From contig RHPI01000797.1 in NCBI GenBank assembly GCA_009103225.1, positions 1,002,457-1,066,456 on the forward strand: 64,000 nucleotides of DNA. The letters run 5' to 3'. Shown in pieces: positions 47,063 through 64,000 of this stretch (its first letter is position 1; each line of letters begins with the position of its first letter). The stretch comes from Chlorokybus atmophyticus (lineage: Eukaryota > Plantae > Mesostigma and Chlorokybus algae). Under the pieces are notes generated by a model. That model saw only the letters and a list, made by a program, of their open reading frames with translations, did no database searches and was not told where the DNA came from. The translations under genes were made by a program, and so were the position numbers.

Positions 47063-49893
47063 CTACCTGCCTAATGACAGCGGCCGCGGCGTCATGAAGG
47101 CATCCAACATCTGCACACAAAGCCACCTTCAGTGATACGAAAGGCTACAGGGCATTTCATATGCATCTGTACTGGAAACCAAGACCAGACACACGCAAGC
47201 ACGCACACATGCGCACGCATGATGGATTGTGACAGAAGGTGATGTACCTCGTCCGTGACAAGGGCTCGCGCGGCCTGATGGCGCTCGACCATAGCGGTCA
47301 GCACGCTCATGAGCTTCTGCTTAACTTCCCCTGTCAGCATGCGCCCGCTGCCATACTCCTGCACGCAGATGAGCAGTCAATGCAACATGCTCGGTTGGTG
47401 TTGATGTTGCACACCTTCGAGCACAACAGGAGGATGTGGGAAGCACACCTTGCCAATGTGCTCCAGCTCCGCGTCATCCTCCAGGAAGAAAGAGAGATAC
47501 TTGTACGACACATCAACCTGCAAGCGGCCACCATTCATCGTATACAGCAACATTGTACCCACGACAGTGTTGTACAATTCGATGTAATGTAATAAGGTCA
47601 ATTGCATATGCGTGTGCAGTTTCTATGTGATTACCGCCAAGTTGGCGCCGTGTTGCCTGTGCAACTCCATCGTAGCACCGCCACCGGAGAATGCATACTT
47701 GTTAATCTGCGATGGCAGCACAAGTATCAGCATAAGGCGTGTACAGTAAAATTCAATGTATGTCATGTCAACATCACCCTCATGGCCCTCACCTTGTCTT
47801 TGATCTGCTTGGCCGTGTCAGTGACATAGATGGCAGAGTTCGGATCGCTTGCACTCATCTTACCGCTTTCACCCTAGACATGAAAGCCAAGACAGTTGGC
47901 GAACAGATTGGTAATGAAGCAGCAAGGAACTGCTTCCTGTTGAACCTCTTGCCTGAAGGGCAGGGAAGAACTTGGTTTCAATCAGCGCAGGCTTCAAGTA
48001 CCCTATCCTGGGAGCTACATCCCTTGTCATGCGGAAGTACGGATCCTGTCATACAACAATTATATTACCACCAAATTGTGTCACATCATACGTCTCATTC
48101 TGCTTTGGTCTGAGTACTGTGCCTCAATACTGTTGCTGATGTTGCCGCACAGTAGGCGCTAACCTGGTCTATGGCGCAAGGGATGAGACATCTGATGTCC
48201 ACTCGTTTGCCAAAGATGTGCGGAAAAGAAGTTGGAAAGGACGGGGCAGCCTGCAAGAGGGAGAGTGGGTTGAGACAGATGGCACATGCCTGTGTCATTG
48301 ATCTAGCTCGCTACACACGAAACGGCGTGTACTTGATAGAGTTGACTGCGCGCATGACAAGGTGCGGAACAACAACAAAGATTACCTGCACTGAAGGGAA
48401 CGCCACCTTTCCTATGTGGTCGTCACCTTGAAAGCCGAAGATGCCGCGAACCTGCAAGCACAGCAATGCGGAAATAACCCAGCAATAACACGCACGAACG
48501 ATTACAGCGACCAGTACAACGCAGGCATAAACGCACAGACTCGCACATGCTTGCGCACGCGCAAACGTGAGGTTTCCAATCTGCAAAGCCTACTTGCCTG
48601 ATTGTATGTGACACTCTTCTGTATTCGCACCATGTTCTTATAAAACTCCCTGTAATAAACAGGATTGAGCACGGCTGCCACAAGGCTTCCACACACAACA
48701 GTGTCTAATTGTTAGCATCGGTACCCGCCAACATAGTCGAAGTCGGAGAAGATGAATGTACGGGTGACATCGAAGCCGCACGCGATGATGTCTTTGGCGT
48801 TCTCGCGCGCGAGGCGCTGCGACTCCTCCACGGTGAGGTTCTTCCACATGCACTTCTCGTCATCCGTCAGCTGCACCACCAGCGGCACCTTGAACGCATC
48901 CTGCAGCCACCTGCATTTAGTTGTTGGGTTGTTGTTTGGTGAGAATATACGCCATAACGTCTTCACGCAATCACAGCCAAGTGTGTCTACATACCGCACT
49001 TACTTTGTGAACTGGAAGGGGACGAGGTGCCCAAAATGAAGAGCTTCAGATGATGGCCCTCGGCCCGTGTACAGGTAAAACGGCTTGCCCGCCTCATAAG
49101 CGTCCAAAAGCTCCTTCAAGTCTCTGCCAATATTGTTTGCGTGTTCTTATGTTGGGATGCATAGTGCGCACATCAGGTGAAGAACATGTGTGTTGAAGCC
49201 ACACCTGTGGGCGAACACTACGCCTCGTCTCAGGAAAGGGTGAGCCTGCTGGCCAGTCAACCGTTCTATGCGCTCGATCATGTCTTGCGTGATCTTCCCG
49301 CACCCAAACTGGTCGACCAGCTGGGAGAAAGACAGAGGCAGGCAAAGCTCAATAACATGCTGGAGCGCTACCAATGTGAACAGTAGTCAGTGCTTCCCGC
49401 ATGAGAGCAACAGTGCACTACTCAACTACACCCGCATTGCGCACGCCGTGTTGGCAGCAAGCAGACTGGCCTATTGAGTGCTGTACAACTGGCATGCAGT
49501 TTTGCGGTTGTTATGCTCTCGTGGATTGCAGTGTACGTGAAGCATTCAACCCAACTCATTACATGCACACTCCTGCATGCAGTTCACATGCTACGCTACT
49601 TCGCAGCAAGCAATTCAGCTGAGGCCAATTGCTGATGACCAGCTGAGACAATTTCAGTATAATATCTGCAAACTACACAGTGCTCCCATTAGCACATTGT
49701 CAACACGCACCTTGTCATAGTCGATGGCGCCGTCCGCACCTCCCTGGACCTCCCAAGGAGTGATGTTCTGCTCGTCCTCAGGGGCCGGCCCTGCGGCAGC
49801 GCCTCCTGCACCTCCATCAGCCAGAATTTCTTCAACCGGTGCTACTGCGGCAGGGACGGCCTCCACGTAACCTCCGGTCACCGCCTCCGCCAT
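47063..49893 (-). CDS. WARS1: Cytosolic tryptophanyl-tRNA synthetase
   Basis: ITPWEV..IDYDK; [18 protein letters not shown]; QLTDDEK; [21 protein letters not shown]; [11 protein letters not shown]; INKYAFSGG; [12 protein letters not shown]. Confidence 0.95.
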
Positions 49894-50573
49894 CGCCGCC
49901 GCCGCCTGACCACAGTTAAGCAGAGAGCACTGCTAACCGCAGTGCTCACAAACCCTAGTTTGGCGTTGATCTGGGTTCATCAACCCCAACCTTAAACCTG
50001 AACAGAACTGGATCTGTCGAACTGGTCATCTGCTTGGCGCCAATTTCCCGCGCAAACACGCTGAGAGAGAGCTGTTAGCTCAGCGGCGGGGGGTAACAGC
50101 GGCGGCAGCGGCGGTCGTGGTGTCATTGCTGTAACTTGTGGCGGAGCGTGTAGTGTCAAGGCCGCTTCACCGGAATTTGGTCCATTTCTCTATTTGGACT
50201 ACGGTGTCGCTGGAGTTGCCTTGGATCTCTGTGTTGCGGGCCAAGCCAGTCGAGTGAGCTGGTCGCTCTCGTCACGCTTTACAGGTTGGTGAAAGGTTAG
50301 AAAATAGGCTTGTCAATGCTCAGTGGACTTGTCCTGTTGTCAAACTAATGCTCAGCATGCTGGTTGTTACGGAACATATGATGATGGTGTTCGTGCCTGC
50401 TGCAAGCGTCAAAGCTCCGAGGGGATGTGTCTTTTTCAGACTGCATTCCGTTTCAACTATAGCTGTGCACACATGCAAGCGAGCAAACAGACAAGCAGCA
50501 GCTGACGCTCTGTTGCATTGTATGTACTTAGCTTCACACAGGATTATACCGCACACAGCTCAACTCCCTCATC

Positions 50574-54418
<3,845 letters not shown>

Positions 54419-54926
54419 TTGCATTGACTAGGTTTGACCCATGTAACGATTGCGCAATAGCTTTTGTCTCAATTGTAACATATATGCTATTAATAAGTAG
54501 TTCTTAGTAAGTGTGCAGCATGCTACTGTTGGTAGGCACGGGCGCAATGCAAGACGTCTCTACATTGCAGTAAGATCGCAATGACATTCTCGCCTGCAAC
54601 CTCCATACTTGCTCATGCAGGCTCGCAACCGCCGCCGATTGGCCAATATTACTGCGCTGTGTGGCTCGTTGTGTTTGTTGTGTGACTATCTGGCATCCTT
54701 TCACTCACATGTACGATAAAGCAGCCTGCATGCTTCCAGGCTGCTCTGCTTGTATGCATGATTGTGTGTTGTGTGAAAGTCAATGACACAGCTTAAAGGC
54801 CTGATCCTGGTCAATCCAACCTGTTTATGATTGCTGTGGGCATGATGGATACGTGCAACAATGGTTTTGCTGCTCACAACCTGGGTGCGGAAAGGACTGC
54901 TTTGATGACAATAGCACAATGGCAGC

Positions 54927-57361
54927 CTAGTAAAACACTGTAAGTGTCCTGTGATGAGCTGACATGGACTTCCGGTTCACTTCCCCTTGCTGCCAAAGCC
55001 ACCAGTCCACTTCAACACTTGTCAACTGCAAACATCAAAGCTTCTCCCTTAGACCAAGTGGAATGGATAGAGTAACTACACATGACTCAGTAAAGCTTCC
55101 CAAACCCCTCAGGCGGCGGGGAAGGGGGACTTGCCAATGTTAAAATCTTCATGTACTACAGCAAGCTTGAAGTGCCCTCAACGTTGCAACCAGTACCTGC
55201 TTTTTCATGCGAGCCTCCAGCACCTTCCGCAGCCGTTCAACCGCAACAATGCTCGCCGCCCTCAGCTCTATCTGCGGTTCATCACGTGACTGTAAGAACA
55301 ACTCGAGCAACAATGTAAGTTGAAGGTAGGTTACCTCCTCTACGCCTGGTGGCAGAACTATTTTAGAGTCTATCTTATCCGCGAGCTCCTGGCTGTAGGT
55401 CAAGATGCCGTTGTCTCTCAACACCACGGGTACACGATAGTCGGCAAACCTGTGCCAAGTTTCTTGATGTAAGCACAGCACATGTGCTCTTCGAATCGAT
55501 GGGTCTCGTCTGCAATGGGCAAGAGGAACTTCAAGTGTAATTGTATCAACTTCGACTGAAGCTTTTACATTGTAAGTTCGTGTATGTCTCGAAACTGCCC
55601 CAAGCCCTTCCCTTCAAAAGCTCCCCACACGTCCGCAACGAAGATCTGCGCGCGCTTGTAAAATGCCACCTGCTGGCCCTCGTACACTGCCTCATCGCGG
55701 AAGCCTGTGCGTGTTGCAGTATGTTGTAGTGCAGCCCATATGACAACACCAAGCAGGAGGCGGCAACAAATGTTCAAGTGTAGGTACCAAGCAGAAGGTA
55801 AGGATTAACACTCACTGGATTAGTAGTTTTATGGTGTTACTCACCAGGAAAATGCCTGGTGACGAGGTCAACCAGCTTTGTAGCAGAGCCTTGCGCAGCT
55901 TTTATGAGCTTCGCAGCCTCTCCAGCAAAGCTTGCCATCAACTCATCACCAACCTAATCAAGCAAGATTGCTGTAGTGTCGGCAATAATTGCAATCCACA
56001 AGGCAATGCCGGTACTGCTGCAGACATGCAGATAAACGTGTGCACATGCGCAGGCGTGTGTGCGGATGCTGAGTTGCCTGCTTTTACCTCCTGCAGAAGG
56101 CGTGCGCGCTCCGTTTCTAGTGGCACCGGCTTGTTCCAGCGGAAAAGCCTTCGCACATCATCAACTAATAAGACCAAACAACCCCAGTCAAGACTGCATA
56201 TGTGTGCAGCATTGCAAGAATACTCAAACGCTAGCGCACATGAACACAAGCACAAGCAGAAACTAGGCACCTGTGCACACGCATGTCTAAACGCGCGCAT
56301 GCACACACGCAAAGGATTGCATACCGGTAACTGCGCTTAGCCTGGCAGCATCCAGCGCATGCGCGTCATTGTCAAGCGCGTGCTTCAGACCCAGCGCAAG
56401 GTGATGGTACTCCAGCTCCTCATCTATAACAAAACCAACGATAGACCTCCATGAGACAATGCAGGGCAAAACTTTTACACGTACATACAACGACAACGAG
56501 TTGTTGTGCTTGACAGTCACTTTAGCATGTACAACAATACAAACAAGGAACATCTACAGCTATCACAGTGTATACAGCAACCACATTGACAATCGCAGCA
56601 ATAACGAAGACAAATACATTTAGCTCACCAGGCCAGAAGCAGAAGTTGAGGGCGTCGAGGACGAGCAGGTACTGCGCGGTGAGGGGGCCACCATCGCTGT
56701 AGTGCACGCCGTCAAAGTTCCACACCAGACTGGGAAGGCCGCCCGCTCCCTCTTCCGACAGACGCCGCGCTTGCTCCTCAATGGCTGAGAGTCACAATGA
56801 CAGAACGGTTAAAGCACACGTGCACGCTGTGCAAAACTGTGTACGTACCCGCTCAGTAAGAGACATGATGTATAGACGATGCATGCATGTCTGTCATCAC
56901 GCTAAAGACTCAATCACTGTTATAGAGTCGATAATAATAATATACAATGCACGAAAATGCAAAGCGCATAGGTGCTTGGCGGTGTCATGTGCATTGGATG
57001 CCCAAGACTCCCGGTGGACTTGCTGTCTTTTGCTTGACGAGCAACTCTATCTCATACATGTTCGCATCCTCACGTGCTCACATGCTCCTATGATCATCGT
57101 GCTTGCAAGCTGCTACTGCTATTCTTTTCAGGAAAGCACTAGCATTTGGGCATCTAGTCAAGCTACTATCGCAGTCAGGCCGCTGCTAAGCTGAACTGGA
57201 CTGCGCTGGACTCCACAGCAAGTCAAGCCGAGTCAAGTGCATGTGTGTAACCGCTCACTGGCGTCGTCGGCGATGAAGACGTGGCGCGCGCGGGCCACAA
57301 CGCTCTCAGCGCTCTCGCGCACCCGCCGCACCGCTCCCCCACCGCCGCCGCCGGTCGCCAT
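54927..57361 (-). CDS. QNG1: Queuosine 5'-phosphate N-glycosylase / queuosine salvage protein (DUF2419)
   Basis: [91 protein letters not shown]. Confidence 0.9.
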
Positions 57362-57917
57362 GGCGCCGACGACAATGCCGCCGCCGTCGCCGCCGCAGAA
57401 ACAAGGCCGAGTGCTTTGTCAGTGCTCAGTTGTTTGCCAATGCACCATGCCAAGCTTTGCTGCTGCTGTTGTTTTGTTTGGGCACAAGCTGATTGCAAGG
57501 CCAATGCGAGTGTTAGTGTACGTGTGGTTGTTGTTCGTGGTGGTGGGGTTGGCATCAACTAGTTGCAAGGCCACGAGGCTGTAATTGCGCTGGTTGGCCG
57601 CTAGTCCGGCCACCACCAAAACAGGATAGCATGCACACAGGCGAGGTGCTTGTGACGCCATTTTTGTATAATCGAATAGCAGACGTGGGCTTAGCTCTTT
57701 AGTCTCATGGATGCGGATGAGGGTGGTTGAGCAAAGGCCCTGCTGTCGTTGGTGGGGCCCCACTCTTGCACACAAGTGCTTGCGGTGGTCTGGTAATGTC
57801 TGACGCTTGTGTATGGGCATGTAAAGCAGTGGGTAAACTAAACTTGCACCTCCGCATACGCAACTACCCTCCGGCGTACCATACAACATGCTGACGATTA
57901 GCTGGTTCGCGGGAGGG

Positions 57918-58272
57918 NNNNNNNNNNNNNNNNNNNNNNNNNNNNNNNNNNNNNNNNNNNNNNNNNNNNNNNNNNNNNNNNNNNNNNNNNNNNNNNNNNN
58001 NNNNNNNNNNNNNNNNNNNNNNNNNNNNNNNNNNNNNNNNNNNNNNNNNNNNNNNNNNNNNNNNNNNNNNNNNNNNNNNNNNNNNNNNNNNNNNNNNNNN
58101 NNNNNNNNNNNNNNNNNNNNNNNNNNNNNNNNNNNNNNNNNNNNNNNNNNNNNNNNNNNNNNNNNNNNNNNNNNNNNNNNNNNNNNNNNNNNNNNNNNNN
58201 NNNNNNNNNNNNNNNNNNNNNNNNNNNNNNNNNNNNNNNNNNNNNNNNNNNNNNNNNNNNNNNNNNNNNNNN
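57918..58272. other. Assembly gap (N run); further gaps at 4874-4914 and 62335-62631
   Basis: Runs of n, mostly flanked by G/C-rich tracts. Confidence 0.99.
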
Positions 58273-59544
58273 GGCTAGGTAGGTATCGACTGCGAGCAGC
58301 CTCTGCGCCTCTCCAAATGATGCTCAGACTTCCCTTTTTGGAATACTGTTCTCCTCAAAAGACATGCACCGCTCTGCACAGTCCTTGCTGCGACCCCTCC
58401 TTCCCACAGACAGTGACGGACTGCCACTGCGCTGTGCTCACCAGGTCGGTCACGGTACGTCTTGATCCCATCATTGCCTACCGCTCACTACCCTTTGCAT
58501 TGCACACAGCAGCACTTAGTGGCACTCAGTGAGTACCTTAAGGCCCCGGAAGGGGGGGGGGGGGGGGGGGGGGNNNNNNNNGGGCGGGGGGATAATTACA
58601 TGTGTGATGCCTGCTATGTACAGAAAATGCGAGAGGGGTATGCTCATTCAGACCACACCACGCATGCAACACTCTGCCAAACACACTCACCTCGTTGCTA
58701 CAAACACGACCACCGGGCTACCCACTCTACTCCTACACCTACATCTACGCCCCCCTGTTAGTCATGCATGCACACGTTGCGGTCGTGGTTACCTGCAGCA
58801 GCGCCACCAGGTTGTATTGGTGCTGAGTGCATGCTTTGATTGCTTGCTGCACTGTGTGTTGCTGTATGTTGCGTTCTAAGCATTGCATATCTGTGCATGA
58901 AGTGCCGATTGACTTATACCCTATGCGTCTGTCAGTTGCCAGTGTCCTTGCCTATGCATGTGCGAAGATGCGCTGGTCAAGGACCAGTTGCAATGCTCCC
59001 ATGTTTATAAGGTTATCATGCAAAGCAATGTTAGCGGCTGCGTTGACAAAGGGGGGCTAGCAGGCTGATTGGTTACTGCAGTATAGTTACGTTTACAAGT
59101 AAGCTTGAGTAGGGTTGTTCAAGAATGTGGCAAGGCACTGGGCGTGGGAACACGCAAATAACTGTTTCGCGTCCACCTGCTATGTAACAATGCTATATGA
59201 TGCGTACCTCACTAAATATGACCACACACATGTTACGAAATTCAATCACTGGGAAACCTTATTCTGGAAGATTAAGACAATAGATATGCAGATACTATGA
59301 CACTAAGCATACACAAGCCCTATCAATCATGCCTACGTTGGCTACTAGAAGCTACTCGAGCTAAGTAAGCAATCAAATTAAGCCCCAATGTGGAGCTTAA
59401 CTTCAGTGAATTCGCCAACCTCGCACACATACGAAGATAGGCTCAACAAGGATAGGCTCTACCGGATTTTGGGAGCTTTCCAGCGTATGTGGAACTGCAG
59501 ACAAAAAGTGCACATCAGTGACTCTTCGGTTTTGGTCGTTACGT

Positions 59545-62500
59545 CTACTCCTTGTTGTCATTGTGATATGCATACTCTGGGAAGGTCACACCTGGATACA
59601 GCTTGATAATGCAATGCACTCAGACAAAAAGTAGATAACGCGCGCATGTGTTGACCGAGTACAACGCACCTGGAAGACACGCTCCGTCTTGTTGATTATG
59701 GTGGAGTTGGCTACGTCCACGGAATGAGGCACTTGAATCTTCTGATAGTCAAGGAGCACGGTGTAGCCGCGCTCCGACAGCACGTCCAGCGCAATGCTCA
59801 GCCCGATCGGGTTGGTGAAGACAGGGTTCTGCGAGCGGATGATGGCCTCACCCGCCAGGGCCTGCTGCCTGATGATGCGAAAAAACTCCGACTCCAACAC
59901 TTCAATCACCGTCTCAAACATGTTACCGTTGCGGGCCTACCACAAGGACACAGTATGTTGTGAGCCTACACTGGACAATACAACTGCAACGATAACTCAC
60001 ATACTCAGAGGTAGGTCGCACCCACCAACATGTTTAAGCAAAGTCCTGCATGACTGCGTATACAAACTGCCTCTTTGAGAGGAGAGAGGCCCAGGCTGTG
60101 CCGTCACACATGGCAAAGTGTTGCAGCAAGTGCCTGCTATCACCATGGCCTTGAAAGATAGTAGATTGGCTACCAGCACTGCTCACCTGATAAGTGTCCA
60201 ACCTTCGCACCAGGTTGAACCGCGCGTTCCTGGTGATCTCCGATGCAAGTGGCACACGCCTCACGAGCTCATACGTGTCGTCGCCCAGCTCCATTGCACT
60301 CTGGTACTCGAGTTCGCGCTGGATGCGAGCCTGCACCTCCTCCTTGGTGCCGTCCGCATGAATGAAGTGGAAGTGAAACTGCAGACATGACAATTAGTCT
60401 GAGAACGACGCATGCTACCTAAGCGAAGCCCTGACCCGGCGCGATACAGTGAGCGGATGCGCACAGCAATCTAACAACCCATCCAAAGGCCATGTTGTGC
60501 ATGTGTGGTGCATTGCACCTTCTGTTGACATATCTTGAGGGATTCATAAACCTGCTCTTTGAACTGTCGGTATCGTGCCCTCGCCAGGTCAGCGTTAACA
60601 TCTGTTGGTCTCAGGTTAAATATCTGACCTATGCCGGTCTGCTGAACGACGCGATTGTGTTCCATGACTTCTATGCCACGCTGCAGCTGCCGCCGCACAC
60701 TCTCCTCCTCTTCTATAAACAAGACTGTGATATGGAACTGGAGAAAAAAGTGTGGCTTGGTGGTTAAGGCAGGCAACGACCGCAGCCGATGCAACTAGTT
60801 AGAGACGGCCAAACTCGCATACACCGACTGAGTTTACATATCCACCACACAATCTTGCAATTTTACGGACCTGCGGTCGCCTGAACACCTCGTTGAAGTT
60901 GTTGTGCAGCTCTCGTCGTTGCTCCATGAGTTTGTCAAAGAGCAGCTTGATGCATTCTGCCTGAGCTGGGGTCCTTGGAAAGCCGTCAACAATGCAACCC
61001 TGCAAGGCAGCCAAGCAAGCCTCAGTTGTATATAGAGAAAGAGACAGTGCATTTAACCAGTGCTGCCCTGCAAAGTAGGTTCTGACTGCTCCATGCATCA
61101 TATGCCAATTACATGAGTGCCAGCACCTGCATGAGACCCATGCAGGTCATTGTCCATGTACCTGGCGGTACTCTGGCCTGAGCAATGTCTCAAACATAAT
61201 CTCAACCACTTGGCGATCACCTGCCATGGCCAATTGTTGCGTTCAGCGAGTGTTGAAACACGCTGTGTTGCAACTTATGTGCGTCATGCAGTGCGTGGGT
61301 GTCATTACCTACAAGTATTCCAGCTTTCTTCAAGTCTGTGAACTCCGGGGATGTGAGAAGGGCACTAGTCTCAATGGGTGGGGCGCATATTCCACGTTGT
61401 TGAGAGATGAAAGGAGTCATAACACCCTTGCCAGCGCCTGATAGGAATAATCAGCATAGGATAAGTAGCAGCCACGGACCTCTCAGCTGGTCCACAAGGT
61501 AAGGTAAACTGCGTTGCCATATAGTGCCACCAGCTAAAGATGACCCAATGCATCAACCTCTGCTGCTCCGCACCTGGTGCTCCGGCAAGCCACCTGCATT
61601 GCACAAAGTGTTGGCTTGCTGTCCATGGAGCGGAGTACCAAAACTTTAAGCCCTAACACTAGCAATCCACAACACTCGCTTCATCCAGCAGATGAGCGTC
61701 TCAAAGGGGAACTAATCGACACATTCCAACCTCTGCTGTCCATGGAGCCGATTGTCAAAACCTTAAGCCCTAACACTAGCAATCCATAACACTCGCTTCA
61801 TCCTGCAGATGGGCGTCTCAAAAGGGAAACTGATGCAACACATTCAAACCTGTGCTTGCTGTTGTACATCACCCTACAATTACCTCCCTTTTCTCGCTGT
61901 CTCCGATCTTCCCCCCCCACCCCCCCACCCCTCCGTGTCCGTCAACAAACCAACTGGAAACCCTGGAACCCTCCCAACACGTAAAACTTGTAAAGCCAAC
62001 ACCGTGTGTAACAAGCCTTCCCCTCCCCACCCCGCCCCCACATCGTCCCACCCATTTTTCCCACTGCACTGGACGCAAAGCTACGCCGTGCGCTCCTCAT
62101 TGTGCATAAGCGCGGCTAGCAGGCACAACACGCATGTCCCTGACTTGCTACTAACATAAAAACATCGTTTGCCACTAGCTAGTGCTCAGCCCGCCCAGGA
62201 AGCGCTCCACAGTAATGTGCGTGCATCAATGCGAGTGCGCAGGCCTGTATGGCAAGGCATGCGTGCTCGTAAGCATGTGCATGTGCATGCATGTGTGTTC
62301 TGGAGGGTAGAAGGGGGGGAAAGGGAAGGGAAGGNNNNNNNNNNNNNNNNNNNNNNNNNNNNNNNNNNNNNNNNNNNNNNNNNNNNNNNNNNNNNNNNNN
62401 NNNNNNNNNNNNNNNNNNNNNNNNNNNNNNNNNNNNNNNNNNNNNNNNNNNNNNNNNNNNNNNNNNNNNNNNNNNNNNNNNNNNNNNNNNNNNNNNNNNN

Positions 62501-63315
62501 NNNNNNNNNNNNNNNNNNNNNNNNNNNNNNNNNNNNNNNNNNNNNNNNNNNNNNNNNNNNNNNNNNNNNNNNNNNNNNNNNNNNNNNNNNNNNNNNNNNN
62601 NNNNNNNNNNNNNNNNNNNNNNNNNNNNNNNCCCGGGGGGGATGCAGGCTTCATGCAACCAGTTAGTAGCCTGACAAAAATGCTCCATTACAGTTCCTAC
62701 GCACAAGCTGACTGGTACAAGTGCGTCAATGAGCTGTGCGCCAGCTACCTCTTGACATCGCACCCAGTGGTCAAACAAGTTGACGTTGTGTTTCTGTTAA
62801 CCATTTCAACGCTGACTGACAAAGCAAAACAATGTAACAACAACAACCATCCCACAAGCAAAGCAACCAGTCACAACTGTCGCTGCACTTTACATGATGT
62901 CTTTGGGGAATTTCATGTAGTCGGCTCCATACTTCCTCTCCAGGTTATGCCAGACAGTCTGGAAGATGAGCAGCGGATCCTTGATCTCCAGGGCGGCTGC
63001 GCGCTCGTCGGCCTCGTCCTCTTCATCGTCGTCCTTGGCTACCGCAGTCACATCCACCTCCACAGCAGCATTGCTGGTCTTGCGGCCAGACCATAGTGGC
63101 CCGGTCAAGGGGGGTCCGGCTGTGGCAGGTGTGGCTGCGGCCGGCCATGGAGGAGTTGGAGGGGGGTGTTGAATGGGTGTATGAGACAACAATCTCCCCG
63201 TAGAGTAGCTCCTCCATGCCCTGGATGGAGAAGACCACCACCGTTGCTGCCGCAGGAGTGCGAGCCCCCCCGGCCGGAGCCTCAGCGCTGCGCCGGCAAT
63301 GCCGACTGGCAGCAT
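59545..63315 (-). CDS. Adenylate-kinase-like P-loop protein with organelle-targeting-like N-terminus; 3' end approximate
   Basis: LEIKDPLLIFQTVW..FPKDIM / WLAGAP|GAGKG (intron-split P-loop) / IVDGFPRTPAQAE / FHITVLFIEEEESVRRQLQRG / FHFIHADGTKEEVQARI, plus a C-terminal extension. Confidence 0.8.
61617..61850. repeat. Two-copy 117-bp tandem duplication in an intron
   Basis: TGCTGTCCATGGAGC..AGCCCTAACACTAGCAATCC..GCGTCTCAAA recurs at 61617 and 61734. Confidence 0.85.
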
Positions 63316-63878
63316 CCTTGATCGTCACCTAAACCTCATGGACACCAGCACCACGTTCCTTCACCAGGACCACCACCACCCACCCTCCCCGTCCACGCCC
63401 TCCCCACCGCCGCCCCACCACGAACACTCGAGCTACGACACTGCCACGCTGGCAGTCACCATTGTTAAGGTGAGACGTGAGCAGGTGTCAACTACATTGA
63501 CGCTGAGCGTGCGGTTAAGGTCAGGTCAAGCCTTAAAAAGTAGGTTAGGTCGAAAAACGCAATCGTTAAGGCCGGTGGTATTGACTTGCAAGCCACATGT
63601 TAACGCCTGACTAAGCTTGCCACGTGGACTGGTGTTGAGGGTTTGGCTGCGGCGGCGGCGTCATGCGTGGTGTTGTCGATACAGGGTATTTACTGCTGGT
63701 AGCAGCTTAGCGCGTGTTATGGCCTGGCCATAGCTCCACATTCGGCCAAAAGCCAATCTTGGCTTGGCCTGGCCTGGCCTGGTCTGGTCTGCTCTCATGC
63801 TGCGGGCTGCCTCTGGTGAGCGCTAAGCATTGGCCTGAAGTTGGGGCCGAATAGTCTAAAGGCCAGGCGGTCGGCTTG

Positions 63879-63983
63879 ATGGAACATGAGCTCAAGCGGG
63901 AGGTGTGGGCTGGCGCCCTGCCGCTTAAAGTTGCGCTTGCTGAGGACGAAGTCTCTTCCTATCCAGCTCCAAAGCCTATGTTT
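63879..63983 (+). CDS. ATG5: Autophagy protein ATG5, first exon (gene continues beyond the window)
   Basis: MEHELKREVWAGALPLKVALAEDEVSSYPAPKPMF|gtgagt matches the recalled plant ATG5 N-terminus (VWEGAIPLQIHL..VASHPAPPP). Confidence 0.75.
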
Positions 63984-64000
63984 GTGAGTACAGTGCATGG

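Overview
Intron-rich eukaryotic DNA from a green alga (ELIP, plant-type Tudor domain, telo-box motifs, probable flagellar gene). Host genes recognisable from spliced exons are: a conserved green-lineage protein of unknown function, a divergent Y-family DNA polymerase, ELIP, UMP synthase, a CFAP141-like protein, cytosolic TrpRS, MCM5, the queuosine salvage hydrolase QNG1, an adenylate-kinase-like protein and the first exon of ATG5. The left end holds an internally deleted Ty3/Gypsy element head-to-head with a ~506-bp TRIM. The standout region is ~26.2-40.7 kb, which looks like one large Plavaka-type DNA transposon with an apparently intact transposase. Its cargo is (i) an actinophage-type C5 DNA methyltransferase fused to a plant-type Tudor domain, (ii) a predicted spliced Zn-finger/OTU/RING protein, and (iii) two orphan genes. 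All three of its internal promoter regions carry clusters of the same GTACCAT..ATGGTAC dyad, and a 53-bp repeat array lies near its right end. All family assignments come from motif recognition by eye; no database searches were run, and the element's termini could not be fixed.
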